From positions 25,854-89,853 of the forward strand of contig JBBDWM010000024.1 in NCBI GenBank assembly GCA_040902845.1: a stretch of 64,000 bases of DNA. The letters run 5' to 3'. The position numbers and the translations under genes were made by a program. This DNA is from Acidimicrobiia bacterium (GTDB lineage: Bacteria > Actinomycetota > Acidimicrobiia > Spongiisociales > ZC4RG35). Below the pieces are notes generated by a model that saw nothing but the letters and a program-made list of their open reading frames with translations, did no database searches and had not been told where the DNA came from. Of this stretch, positions 9,732 to 18,324 are shown piece by piece. Within the stretch, counting starts at the first letter, position 1, and each line of letters starts with the position of its first letter.

Positions 9732-10052
9732 GACCCAGATCCTAAGCCCGATGAGGACGTGGACCCCTGGGACACGGTCACGTCTGAGTTCGGGTCGTTG
9801 AGTGATCGACTGAAGGACACCTATCGACGGGTGGCCGCCGACCGCGGCCCATCTGAAGACGAGATCAAAGGAGCGTTTGCAACCCTGATCGGCGCCTGGG
9901 GCCAGGTCGCCGAGTCGGTTACGGGTGCCCTGCGCGACCCGGAGGCGAGAGAGCATCTCAAGAAGGCGGCCAGCTATTTCGCCTCCGCCCTCGGCTCCAC
10001 GGTCAGCGACCTCGGAGACGAGATCAAAGGTCATTCGGACGAAGAGGAATAG
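9721..10052 (+). CDS. Small acidic hypothetical protein (start GTG 9721 or 9760), divergent from the exonuclease
   Basis: It is the C-terminal part of spurious track ORF 8799-10052: ...DPWDTVTSEFGSLSDRLKDTYRRVAADRGPSEDEIKGAFATLIGAWGQVAESVTGALRDPEAREHLKKAASYFASALGSTVSDLGDEIKGHSDEEE. GC3 is about 77% and the composition is protein-like with amphipathic helices. Confidence 0.4.
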
Positions 10053-10072
10053 CTGAGCGCCCTGGATGGAAT

Positions 10073-10876
10073 GTGTCTGATCATCTGATCTCGACAGGCG
10101 AGCTGGTTGAAAAACTCGACGAGGTTGCCCTGTTCGATCTCCGTTGGTCACTCACCGACCCAAGCCAAGGGAGAGGGGCCTATGCGACAGGGCACATCCC
10201 TGGCGCGATCTTCGTCGATCTCGATACCGACCTGACTTCGCCACAAGGAGATGGCCGTCATCCCTTGCCCTCTGCCGCTGAATTCAGCCGAACCCTCGGC
10301 AGGCTCGGAGTTGGCCCCAGTGACGAGATCGTCGTCTACGACGACATGGGCGGCGCCGTTGCCGCCCGGATGTGGTGGATGTTGCGCTCGATCGGCCACG
10401 AAGGTTCACGGCTCCTGGACGGCGGTCTGGGGGCGTGGATCGATGCCGGTCTGCCGGTCATCGATGACGAGACCTACCGAGGCTCCGGCGAGTACCCGGC
10501 CGTCGACGGCTTCACCGGGGTGGTGAACGTGGACCAACTGACCGGCCGCCATCTCATCGATGCCAGAGCTCCTGAGCGATATCGGGGCGAGGTGGAGCCG
10601 GTCGATCCCAAGGCCGGCCATATCCCCGGTGCGGTCAACATGCCCCTCAGTGGCAACCTCGGCCCGAAGGGTCGCTTTCTCGACCGCCTCGACCTTGTCA
10701 ATCGGTACCGGGACACGCCGGTGGACACGATTGTCTCGTGCGGTAGCGGGGTGAGTGCCTGTCAGGTTGCGCTGGCCCTGGTCGTAGCCGGCCATCCGAT
10801 GCCGGACGTCTACATCGGCTCGTTCTCGGACTGGTCCCGCCGTGACCTACCGGTGGCCACGGGCGACCTTCCTTGA
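10073..10876 (+). CDS. sseA: Thiosulfate/3-mercaptopyruvate sulfurtransferase (tandem rhodanese domains)
   Basis: GTG start; it has two rhodanese domains and an active-site loop CGSGVSAC. Confidence 0.8.
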   Translation: MSDHLISTGELVEKLDEVALFDLRWSLTDPSQGRGAYATGHIPGAIFVDLDTDLTSPQGDGRHPLPSAAEFSRTLGRLGVGPSDEIVVYDDMGGAVAARMWWMLRSIGHEGSRLLDGGLGAWIDAGLPVIDDETYRGSGEYPAVDGFTGVVNVDQLTGRHLIDARAPERYRGEVEPVDPKAGHIPGAVNMPLSGNLGPKGRFLDRLDLVNRYRDTPVDTIVSCGSGVSACQVALALVVAGHPMPDVYIGSFSDWSRRDLPVATGDLP

Positions 10877-11832
10877 TCAGCCATAGGGCCCTGGAAGCCC
10901 TCGAATCGTCAGACACCGACGAGCTGCTGCGGGTGATCGACGGTTTGTGCTCGACCCAAGCCTGGGACGGTTTGGTTGAGTTGCGAACCCGGTGTCGAGA
11001 GGCAGTGGAGAGGGGCAAACAAGTGTGGGGCGTTGAGGAGCACATTCGTTATCGCCTGACTCTGGAGGCGCCACCGACCTATGCCGGAGCCGCCGTCTCC
11101 GAAGGCCAATCACGATTTGCCCTGGGGCCTCTTGGCGAGGTCGCTGCCAGCACCAAGACCTGGCAGGAGATGGAGCCTCATCTCGAGATCGGGCCCGAGC
11201 GTCGGACCCTTGCCGCGGAGCGTGTCGTCCGCGGCGAGCGAGTGGAGGAGCCGGGTCTCGACCTGCCCGGCTGGTTGGAAGACTGGGAGCCCCGCTATCA
11301 GGTGGCCACCTACAAGCGGGACAAGGTAGAGGCACCCTCACCTCCCCCACCGAATGTCTCCGAGACTCCCCTTCCCGCTGGTTTTGATCTGGTCGACGAC
11401 CCTCATTCGGAGGCCGCGCTCGCCGATCTGGTTCAGCCTTGGACGGACGAGTCCAACGGGCGTTGTCAGACCACAGCCGTGGCCGGGGACCATCTGGCCG
11501 CCATCCGCTCCCTCGGCGCAACCCTTTGTCGTGAGGCCAGCATCGGCGGCGTCGCCGGTCTGGCCTGGATGGGGTGGGCCGCGGCCTCGGGTGGGGCCCA
11601 CGGCAGGCGACGCGGAGCTGCCGCCGGCCGTCAGCTGGCGTGGTGGGCGACGTCGGTCATGGCCGATCTCCCATGGCCCTGCGCGCCGGACGATCTGGGG
11701 GCGGCAGCGTCTCGGTTTGGCTGGTTCTGGTTCGACGACGGGAGCCCGGGCACTGGGTGGGCCCTGCGTCTCGCCATCGAAGACCCCGACAGCGGGCTGG
11801 CATGGGCGATCTCGGCCGTCGACCTCACCTGA
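10873..11832 (+). CDS. Hypothetical protein, TTG start overlapping the rhodanese stop (TTGA)
   Basis: The 319-aa protein has balanced composition with an E/D/L-rich N-terminus and is translationally coupled to sseA. The antisense ORFs here are R/P-rich artefacts. Confidence 0.5.
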   Translation: MISHRALEALESSDTDELLRVIDGLCSTQAWDGLVELRTRCREAVERGKQVWGVEEHIRYRLTLEAPPTYAGAAVSEGQSRFALGPLGEVAASTKTWQEMEPHLEIGPERRTLAAERVVRGERVEEPGLDLPGWLEDWEPRYQVATYKRDKVEAPSPPPPNVSETPLPAGFDLVDDPHSEAALADLVQPWTDESNGRCQTTAVAGDHLAAIRSLGATLCREASIGGVAGLAWMGWAAASGGAHGRRRGAAAGRQLAWWATSVMADLPWPCAPDDLGAAASRFGWFWFDDGSPGTGWALRLAIEDPDSGLAWAISAVDLT

Positions 11833-11835
11833 CCT

Positions 11836-11890
11836 CTCGTAATTGGGACCCACAGGGCCGCATATGACCCCTGTGGGTCCCAATTACGAG
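11836..11890. repeat. 55-bp palindromic element, copy A: CTCGTAATTGGGACCCACAGGG-11 nt-CCCTGTGGGTCCCAATTACGAG (REP/MITE-like)
   Basis: It has a 22-bp perfect inverted repeat with an 11-nt loop between convergent genes. It generates the MGPTGPHMTPVGPNY-type spurious ORF starts seen in the track on both strands. Confidence 0.75.
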
Positions 11891-11896
11891 GGGGCG

Positions 11897-13441
11897 TCAA
11901 CCCACCACGGTCTCGATGGTGTGCCATCCGGTGGCGCCATTGGGTGCCGGGGGGACGATCTCGTCGGTCTGGAGATCTCCGTCCCCGTCGGTGGCACGCA
12001 CCCGGATCACATAGGCGCCGACGGGGGCGTCCCATTCGATGGACCACTGCCGCCAACTGTTGTCCGACAACGGCTCGGACAGCTCGGCCTCCAACCAATC
12101 GGTGCCCTCACCCAGCTGGACCTCGACCTTCGCGATCCCGCGGTTTGGCGCCCAGGCGACACCGGCGACCTGACGAGGCCCGCCGGGGATCTGCGCCCCT
12201 GGCGGTGGGGTGTCAATCCGGCTCTGGGTCTTCACCGGCGCCTCTTTCGACCAACCTCTCGGCACCCAATAAGCGTCGAAGTCATCCCAACGAGTGAGCT
12301 CGATCTCCGAAATCCACTTGGTCGCCGACACGTACCCGTAGAGACCCGCCACCACCAGTCGGGCCGGGAACCCGTGCTCGAACGGGAGCGGTTCGTCGTT
12401 CATCCCGACTGCAACGAGTGCGTCGCGGCCGTCGTAGGCGACCTCGACCGGGAACCCGACTGTGAAGTCATCAACCGAGCGGCCGACGATTTGCTCCGCA
12501 TCGGGATCGACCCCGGCCCGGTTCAGGATCTCGGTCAGCGGGACCCCGAGCCACTTGGCGTTTCCGACCAGGTTCCCTCCCACTTGGTTGGAGACACATG
12601 ACAGGGTGACGTAGCGCTCCACCATCCGAAGGTCGAGAAGGTCGGCGTAAGTGATGGAGTAGGGACGGTCGACCATCCCCTTGATGGTGAGGGTCCACTC
12701 CGGAAGGTCCACTCTGGGAACGGAGAAGGCAGCGTCGATGCGGTAGAACGCCTCGTTGGATGTGACTACGGGGCTCAGACCTGAGACCCCGAGCTCGGCC
12801 CCGGGAGGCACCGGGCCCACCGCCTGAGCCGGGCCGGGGAGAACAACTTCGGCTCGTCCGGCGACAGCGCGCTTGGCCCGCTCCAGCAGTGCCCGGCCTG
12901 CCCCTGCGGACAACGCGGCCAACCCGAGCACCGCGCTCACACCGACAATGAAAGAGCGACGAGAGGCATCGCGTGGTGGGTCGATGTTTTCGCTCCCGAC
13001 CACCGGTGCCGAGCTCCCGAGCAGCCACTGCAATGAGACCAGACCGGTGATCGCCGCCAGACCTCCCGAGATCATCGCCATCCCGAGACTCACTGCCGGG
13101 TCACGACTCGCAGCCAGGGCGGCCAGCAGCCCAAAGCCGATGAACACCACCATGGCGACCCCGAATTGCTTCCTGGCGACTACGCCTACAGCTGCACCCA
13201 CCAGGATCACCACGAGCGTCATACCGATGAGAAGGGCCAGCTTGTCGTTGGTACTGAAGACAGATATGGCCCAGTGCTTGATCGGCTCCGGAACGATGTC
13301 GATCACCCAGTTGCCAACACCTTCGATCAGCGAGGGAAGGCTCGAGAAGATGCCGGCAGCGAGCTCGGAGACACCGAGGGCGAGGGCCGCGGCTGCGGCC
13401 CCGGACAGAGCGTCTCGGGCTCGTATCGATCTCATTGGCAT
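11897..13441 (-). CDS. Sulfite-oxidase-family molybdopterin oxidoreductase with N-terminal membrane anchor
   Basis: It has N-terminal TM helices, then an Oxidored_molyb domain (LSCVSNQVGG, GMNDEPLPFEHGFPARLVVAGLYGYVSATKWISEIE) and a Mo-co dimerisation domain. The first 17 codons of the track ORF are AT-rich, so the likely start is MPMRSIRAR at 13441. Confidence 0.75.
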   Translation of the reverse strand: MPMRSIRARDALSGAAAAALALGVSELAAGIFSSLPSLIEGVGNWVIDIVPEPIKHWAISVFSTNDKLALLIGMTLVVILVGAAVGVVARKQFGVAMVVFIGFGLLAALAASRDPAVSLGMAMISGGLAAITGLVSLQWLLGSSAPVVGSENIDPPRDASRRSFIVGVSAVLGLAALSAGAGRALLERAKRAVAGRAEVVLPGPAQAVGPVPPGAELGVSGLSPVVTSNEAFYRIDAAFSVPRVDLPEWTLTIKGMVDRPYSITYADLLDLRMVERYVTLSCVSNQVGGNLVGNAKWLGVPLTEILNRAGVDPDAEQIVGRSVDDFTVGFPVEVAYDGRDALVAVGMNDEPLPFEHGFPARLVVAGLYGYVSATKWISEIELTRWDDFDAYWVPRGWSKEAPVKTQSRIDTPPPGAQIPGGPRQVAGVAWAPNRGIAKVEVQLGEGTDWLEAELSEPLSDNSWRQWSIEWDAPVGAYVIRVRATDGDGDLQTDEIVPPAPNGATGWHTIETVVG

Positions 13442-13509
13442 CAACCTAGGGCTGCCCTTGATAACGGGTGCTAAAGCAGAAGAAACATTCAATCAAATAG
13501 GGTGGGGAC

Positions 13510-14115
13510 ATGGAGCTAACCATCGGCGGCGACGGGCTGACCCGTTGTTGGTGGGGAGCAGAGACGGAGGTCTATCGGCTCTACCATGATACCGAGTGGG
13601 GCCATCCGGTGACCGAGGACCGGAGGTTGTTCGAGAAGATCTGCCTCGAGGGTTTCCAGGCCGGTCTGTCCTGGCTGACCATCCTCCGCAAACGCCCCAA
13701 CTTCCGTGCCGGATTCGCCGATTTCGAGATCAAGACGGTGGCAGCGTTCGGAGAGGACGATGTTTCGCGTCTCCTCGCCGACGCCGGCATCGTGCGACAC
13801 CAGGGCAAGATCCGCTCCACGATCAACAATGCCCAGCGCGCCCTGGAGCTCATCGAGGACAAGGGGACGCTCGCCACCTACTTCTGGGACTGGGCTGACC
13901 CAACTGATGAGCCGCCATTGGACATAGCCCCCACGACAGCCACCTCGAGCGCCATCTCCAAGGACCTGAAGAAACGTGGCTGGTCCTTCGTCGGCCCGAC
14001 GACGATCTACGCGTTCATGCAAGCCATGGGGTTGGTCAACGACCATCTCGATGGTTGCCACATTCGGGACACCTGTGCCAAGGAACGACAACGGCTCTTG
14101 AGTCACAGTCGATAG
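13510..14115 (+). CDS. tag: DNA-3-methyladenine glycosylase I
   Basis: The 201-aa protein reads RCWWGAETEVYRLYHDTEWGHPV...EGFQAGLSWLTIL, typical of Tag. Confidence 0.85.
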   Translation: MELTIGGDGLTRCWWGAETEVYRLYHDTEWGHPVTEDRRLFEKICLEGFQAGLSWLTILRKRPNFRAGFADFEIKTVAAFGEDDVSRLLADAGIVRHQGKIRSTINNAQRALELIEDKGTLATYFWDWADPTDEPPLDIAPTTATSSAISKDLKKRGWSFVGPTTIYAFMQAMGLVNDHLDGCHIRDTCAKERQRLLSHSR

Positions 14116-14125
14116 ATTCGCCTTC

Positions 14126-15259
14126 ATGATCGAACGCCCGGCTTTCACCATCGGCATCGAAGAGGAGTATCTCGTCGTCGACCGGGAGTCACGTGATCTC
14201 CTCAGGAGCCCACCGCCCGAGATGTGGGACTCGTTGCGAGAGGTGCTCGGCCCGCAGGTGACTCCTGAGTTCCTCAAGGCGCAGATCGAGGTGGGAACCA
14301 AGGTGTGCACCCGGGTTCAGGACGCCCGCGAGGATCTCGCCAGTCTGAGAACGGACCTTTCGAGCGTGGTGAATGAGTACGGGGCAGCCATCATTGCCGC
14401 TTCCACCCATCCTTTCGCCAACTGGGCCGACCAGGAGACGACCGATCAGCCCCGATACATCAATCTGGCGGCCGACTACCAACAAGTGGCCCGCCAACTG
14501 GTGATCTGTGGGATGCATGTCCACGTCGGAATCGAAGATCCCCATCTCCGGATCGACCTGATGAACCAGGTGAAATACATGCTCCCCCATCTGCTGGCAT
14601 TGACCACCTCGTCCCCCTTCTGGGCCGGTAGCCCAACCGGGCTTCTCGCCTATCGGCTGATCATCTTCAAGAACCTGCCACGGACCGGGCTCCCCCAGGA
14701 TTTCGTCTCGTGGGGTGAGTACGAGCGGACCGTCGAGCTGATGATCGACGCCGGGCTCATCGACAGCCCGAGCAGTCTGTGGTGGGACATTCGGCCCTCG
14801 GGCCGATACCCGACGCTCGAGATGCGAGTGAGTGATGTCTGCACCCGTCTCGACGACGCCATCACCGTGGCCGCCATCTACGTCTGTCTGCTGTCGATGT
14901 TGTTTCGCCTCAGGAAGCAGAACCAGAGATGGCGCACCTATCCCCCGTTTCTGATCGCAGAGAACATGTGGCGCGCCCAGCGCTACGGAACCGAAGGCTC
15001 TTTGGTTGATTTCGGCAAGGGTGAGTTGGTCCCTTTCCCCGATCTCGTCGAGGAGCTCATCGAGACCCTGGCCCAGGACTCGGTGGAGCTCGGTGTCCGC
15101 GACGAGGTCCGGCATGCACGGACCATCGTCCAACAGGGGACCAGCGCCCATCGTCAGCTCGCGACCTACGAGGCTGCGCTCGCCTCGGGAGCGAGTAACG
15201 ACGATGCCCTACGTACGGTGGTCGACGGTCTGATCGAGGACACCCTTTTCGGCATCTGA
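14126..15259 (+). CDS. Carboxylate-amine ligase YbdK / glutamate-cysteine ligase family 2
   Basis: The 377-aa protein reads FTIGIEEEYLVVD...ICGMHVHVGI...WWDIRPSGRYPTLEMRVSD, which are GCS2 hallmarks. Confidence 0.85.
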   Translation: MIERPAFTIGIEEEYLVVDRESRDLLRSPPPEMWDSLREVLGPQVTPEFLKAQIEVGTKVCTRVQDAREDLASLRTDLSSVVNEYGAAIIAASTHPFANWADQETTDQPRYINLAADYQQVARQLVICGMHVHVGIEDPHLRIDLMNQVKYMLPHLLALTTSSPFWAGSPTGLLAYRLIIFKNLPRTGLPQDFVSWGEYERTVELMIDAGLIDSPSSLWWDIRPSGRYPTLEMRVSDVCTRLDDAITVAAIYVCLLSMLFRLRKQNQRWRTYPPFLIAENMWRAQRYGTEGSLVDFGKGELVPFPDLVEELIETLAQDSVELGVRDEVRHARTIVQQGTSAHRQLATYEAALASGASNDDALRTVVDGLIEDTLFGI

Positions 15260-15306
15260 CGGGCCGCGGTACCGTTGCCAAGGCCCCAATCCGGAAGAAG
15301 AAAGCC

Positions 15307-16089
15307 TTGGCCCATCCCATTCGCATCGCCGTTCAACTGCAACCCCAACACGCCGACTACTCCCAGATCAGGGCGGCAGTCGTCAAGGCCGAGGAGTTGG
15401 GAGCCGACATCGTGTTCAACTGGGACCACTTCTACCCACTCAGCGGCGATCCCGACGGGAAGCATTTCGAGTGTTGGACCATGCTTGCCTCGTGGGCCGA
15501 GATCACGGAGCGAGTTGAAATCGGCGCCCTGGTCACCTGCAACAGCTACCGCAACCCGGATCTTTTGGCCGATATGGCGCGCACCGTCGATCATGCCTCG
15601 GAGGGCCGACTCATCTTCGGGATCGGGGCGGGATGGTTCGAACGGGACTATGACGAGTACGGGTACGAATTCGGGACTGCCGGCTCCAGGCTGGCCGACC
15701 TGAGGGCAGCCCTACCCCGGATCGAAGCCCGGTGGCGCCAACTCAACCCCGCCCCCACCCGGAAGATCCCGATCATGATCGGCGGCGGTGGCGAGAGAAA
15801 AACACTCCGCTACACCGCCGAACACGCCGACATCTGGCACGGTTTCGGACAAGCCGAGATCATCCGCCACAAGAACCAGGTCCTCGACGATTGGTGCCGG
15901 CAGTTGGGCCGGGATCCGTCCCAAATCGAACGATCCTGTGGCGCCAACGCGCGCCGCCCTGAATCCGGTGACGCCTTCGTCGAAGCCGGCGCCAACCTGA
16001 TCACCCTGGGTCTAGACGGGCGATCGGGTTACGACCTGGAGCCGGTGGTCGATTGGCTTGCGTGGCGAGACGAGAAGAACCGCGCCTGA
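15307..16089 (+). CDS. LLM-class F420-dependent oxidoreductase (luciferase-like)
   Basis: TTG start; 260-aa TIM-barrel LLM motifs (ADIVFNWDHF, GRLIFGIGAGW). Confidence 0.75.
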   Translation: MAHPIRIAVQLQPQHADYSQIRAAVVKAEELGADIVFNWDHFYPLSGDPDGKHFECWTMLASWAEITERVEIGALVTCNSYRNPDLLADMARTVDHASEGRLIFGIGAGWFERDYDEYGYEFGTAGSRLADLRAALPRIEARWRQLNPAPTRKIPIMIGGGGERKTLRYTAEHADIWHGFGQAEIIRHKNQVLDDWCRQLGRDPSQIERSCGANARRPESGDAFVEAGANLITLGLDGRSGYDLEPVVDWLAWRDEKNRA

Positions 16090-16095
16090 CCGAAG

Positions 16096-16962
16096 CTAGA
16101 CGCTCACCAGCGCCTTGTCGGCGTCGGCCGAGACGAATTCTTGCGTCCTGTCCAGCCACCAAATCATCACGACGCCACCGACGCCTGCAGCGAGACCGCT
16201 CAGTTGATTCCAGGTGAATCCCCCAACCACCGCGTCCCCCATCCCGAAACGCAGGCCGTCGAGAAGGAAGCGCTGGAAGCCATACCAGGCGACCCAGATG
16301 AAGAAGAGTTGGCCGTAGTGAAGCCGGAAGCGGCGGTAGACCAAGAAGAGGACACCCAGCAGCACCGCGGCGCCGATCAGGTCGTAGAGGGCCACATGGT
16401 GATAGATCCCACAAAACCCGTCGGCACCAACCGTCGACTCGGTGCACTCCAGGCCGTTGTGCTGGGGGGCCACGTCGTAACCGGGTCGGATCCCGTAACC
16501 CCACCACGCGGTCGTCGCCCTGCCCAGATGCTCGACAATGGCAAGGTCACCGATCCTCCCTACGACGGTGCCCAGCGCCAGTCCGAACGATGATGCATCC
16601 AGTGTGGCCAGGACCGGCATCCCCAACTGACGCATCCGCCACCCACCGGCGAGGATGCCTCCCAGGAACCCACCCATGATCGAGAAGTTCCCCGCGATCG
16701 GATTCAATGCCTCGAGCAACGGGGTGTCGCCCATGATTTGAGCCGGGGCGGTGGAATAGCGGGCACCGAGCAGGGCTCCGATCAGGCCCCAGGTCAGGCA
16801 TGACTGGTACTTCACCGTGTCGAAGCCACGTTTCTTCAACTCCCGGGTGGCGATCCAGGCACCGGCCACGAACCCGAGAGCGGCAAACACCCCGTGCAGG
16901 GAGAAGTTGATCGGGCCCAGCTCCCAGATCGGGATCGGTGGATAAGTGATCACGGCAAGCAT
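16096..16962 (-). CDS. lgt: Prolipoprotein diacylglyceryl transferase
   Basis: The 288-aa multi-TM protein has the Lgt signature region GxxYxxA...GRIGDLAIVEH. Confidence 0.9.
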   Translation of the reverse strand: MLAVITYPPIPIWELGPINFSLHGVFAALGFVAGAWIATRELKKRGFDTVKYQSCLTWGLIGALLGARYSTAPAQIMGDTPLLEALNPIAGNFSIMGGFLGGILAGGWRMRQLGMPVLATLDASSFGLALGTVVGRIGDLAIVEHLGRATTAWWGYGIRPGYDVAPQHNGLECTESTVGADGFCGIYHHVALYDLIGAAVLLGVLFLVYRRFRLHYGQLFFIWVAWYGFQRFLLDGLRFGMGDAVVGGFTWNQLSGLAAGVGGVVMIWWLDRTQEFVSADADKALVSV

Positions 16963-16971
16963 GGAAGGGGA

Positions 16972-17105
16972 GGGTACTTGGTACTCAGTACTGGGTACTT
17001 AGACCAGACCGAGTCGCAATACGCAATACGCAATACGCAAAACCAAAACGCAATACGCAAAACGCAAAACGGTGAACGGTCAACGGCGAACGGTCAACGG
17101 TCTCG
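16972..17105. repeat. Composite 7-bp-period tandem repeat tract: (NGGTACT)x4, (CGCAATA)x3, CGCAAAA variants, (ACGGYSA)x5, between divergent lgt and a membrane protein gene
   Basis: It reads GGGTACTTGGTACTCAGTACTGGGTACT ... CGCAATACGCAATACGCAATACGCAAAACCAAAACGCAATACGCAAAACGCAAAACGGTGAACGGTCAACGGCGAACGGTCAACGGTC. The strict heptad periodicity shares motifs with loci 2671-2780 and 43272-43331. Confidence 0.75.
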
Positions 17106-17143
17106 GCCAAAGTCGGCCGGCATTGGAGTTAAAGTCCCGCAAC

Positions 17144-18298
17144 GTGAGCGATCTGCTGCCGACTGTGGCTGCCGCCTTGAACACACCTGAGAGTCTCATC
17201 CGACGATCCGCCGCTGCCCGGGCCGCCGCCAACGGCACGACGATCGACGAAGTGCTGGCTGCATGGGCCGGAGGCGCCCCAATCGTCACCGTGACACCGG
17301 CACCGCCCCCGGAAGCCGCCGCGGAGCCCACCCCGTCGCCTGCACCCGTGGCCGCCGCCTCCGTGATCGAGGTCCCAGCCCCGGTTGCCGTGGCCGTCGA
17401 ACCCGCACCGGAGCCGGTGGCGCCCATCGAACCGGTTCCCCTCTCCACGAGAATCCGGAGTGCCAGCAGGGTCGGCGCCTGGACAGGGTCAGTCCTCGGC
17501 CTCACCGGTTTCCTGATCGCTACCACCTGGTGGGCGCAGAACGCCACCGTCATCGGTGGGGGCCCTTACACCCCGGTGATTCAGGCCACATCGACCTCGG
17601 TCATCATCGGTGTCGCCCTGGTCAGCATCGTCTTTGGCGCCATCACCGCCGGGATATCCCGCGCCTCGGCAGCGTGGGCCCATCCCGGAATGCAACTCAG
17701 AAACTCCGCGGCTTCTACCGGGTGGTTGGGCGCCCTGATCGGCTTGCCTCTCGGTGTCGGGGCGGCGGCAATTTTGACGAGTGGCTTCGGGACGCCAGTT
17801 GAGGGTATCGAAGGCATGGTGCAACTCCCCGTGCTCCCGACGCTTGCGGTGATGCTTCTCGGTGGGGCTGTTCTAGGTGGGATCACCGCCGCCGCGACCC
17901 AGTCGGTGGCGGTCCCGGTAGCCGTGGCCGGTGACTCCGATGAGATCGCCAAGGTAAAGAGTCGTCTGGGGGGAGCACTGACGATTCCCGCCGTGGGGCT
18001 GCTCATCCTCGTGTCGCTGGTGCTCCCCTTTGCCTGGGCCCTTATCGAGTCGAGTCACCTGACGTCAGGAGGAGCGGCCGTGGTGGCGATAATCACCGCC
18101 CTCGGTATCCTCGGGTTCGCCTCCCTCGCCGGAACCCGGCCCAATGTCAAGATCAGCCTCGGCGAAGCCATGGTCGCCCTGATCGGGATCGCCACCGTCC
18201 TCCTAATCGTCTTCGCGGTATTGCTCGCTCGAAGCGCTGGAGAGGGACAAGAAGAGGAAACAGGCGAAGAGGCCGCAGTGGCTCTCATCCTCGAGTAG
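17144..18298 (+). CDS. Hypothetical membrane protein with Pro/Ala-rich linker (track start 17072 lies inside the repeat tract; GTG 17144 is more plausible)
   Basis: It has an N-terminal soluble domain, a PAPPPEAAAEPTPSPAPVAA linker, then at least 6 TM helices. The track's N-terminus MNGQRRTVNG is a translation of the ACGGT repeats. Confidence 0.5.
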   Translation: MSDLLPTVAAALNTPESLIRRSAAARAAANGTTIDEVLAAWAGGAPIVTVTPAPPPEAAAEPTPSPAPVAAASVIEVPAPVAVAVEPAPEPVAPIEPVPLSTRIRSASRVGAWTGSVLGLTGFLIATTWWAQNATVIGGGPYTPVIQATSTSVIIGVALVSIVFGAITAGISRASAAWAHPGMQLRNSAASTGWLGALIGLPLGVGAAAILTSGFGTPVEGIEGMVQLPVLPTLAVMLLGGAVLGGITAAATQSVAVPVAVAGDSDEIAKVKSRLGGALTIPAVGLLILVSLVLPFAWALIESSHLTSGGAAVVAIITALGILGFASLAGTRPNVKISLGEAMVALIGIATVLLIVFAVLLARSAGEGQEEETGEEAAVALILE

Positions 18299-18324
18299 GG
18301 CGGCTCACTTCTGGAGGGAACTGT

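Noticed and set aside
11815-11825. Apparent 1-nt disagreement between the displayed sequence (gccgtccgacc) and the ORF-track translations (which imply gccgtcgacc)
   Set aside because: A similar offset occurs near 48057-48060. It is probably a transcription or display artefact and not biology. I used ORF-track coordinates as anchors and flagged derived coordinates as accurate to 1-2 nt.
11843-12601. 252-aa plus-strand ORF, and minus-strand ORF 11338-11883 starting MGPTG...PNYE
   Set aside because: The starts are created by the palindromic repeat. The bodies are antisense to the sulfite-oxidase-like gene and to hypothetical gene 10873-11832.
14189-15151. 320-aa minus-strand ORF
   Set aside because: It is antisense to the GCS2 ligase gene.
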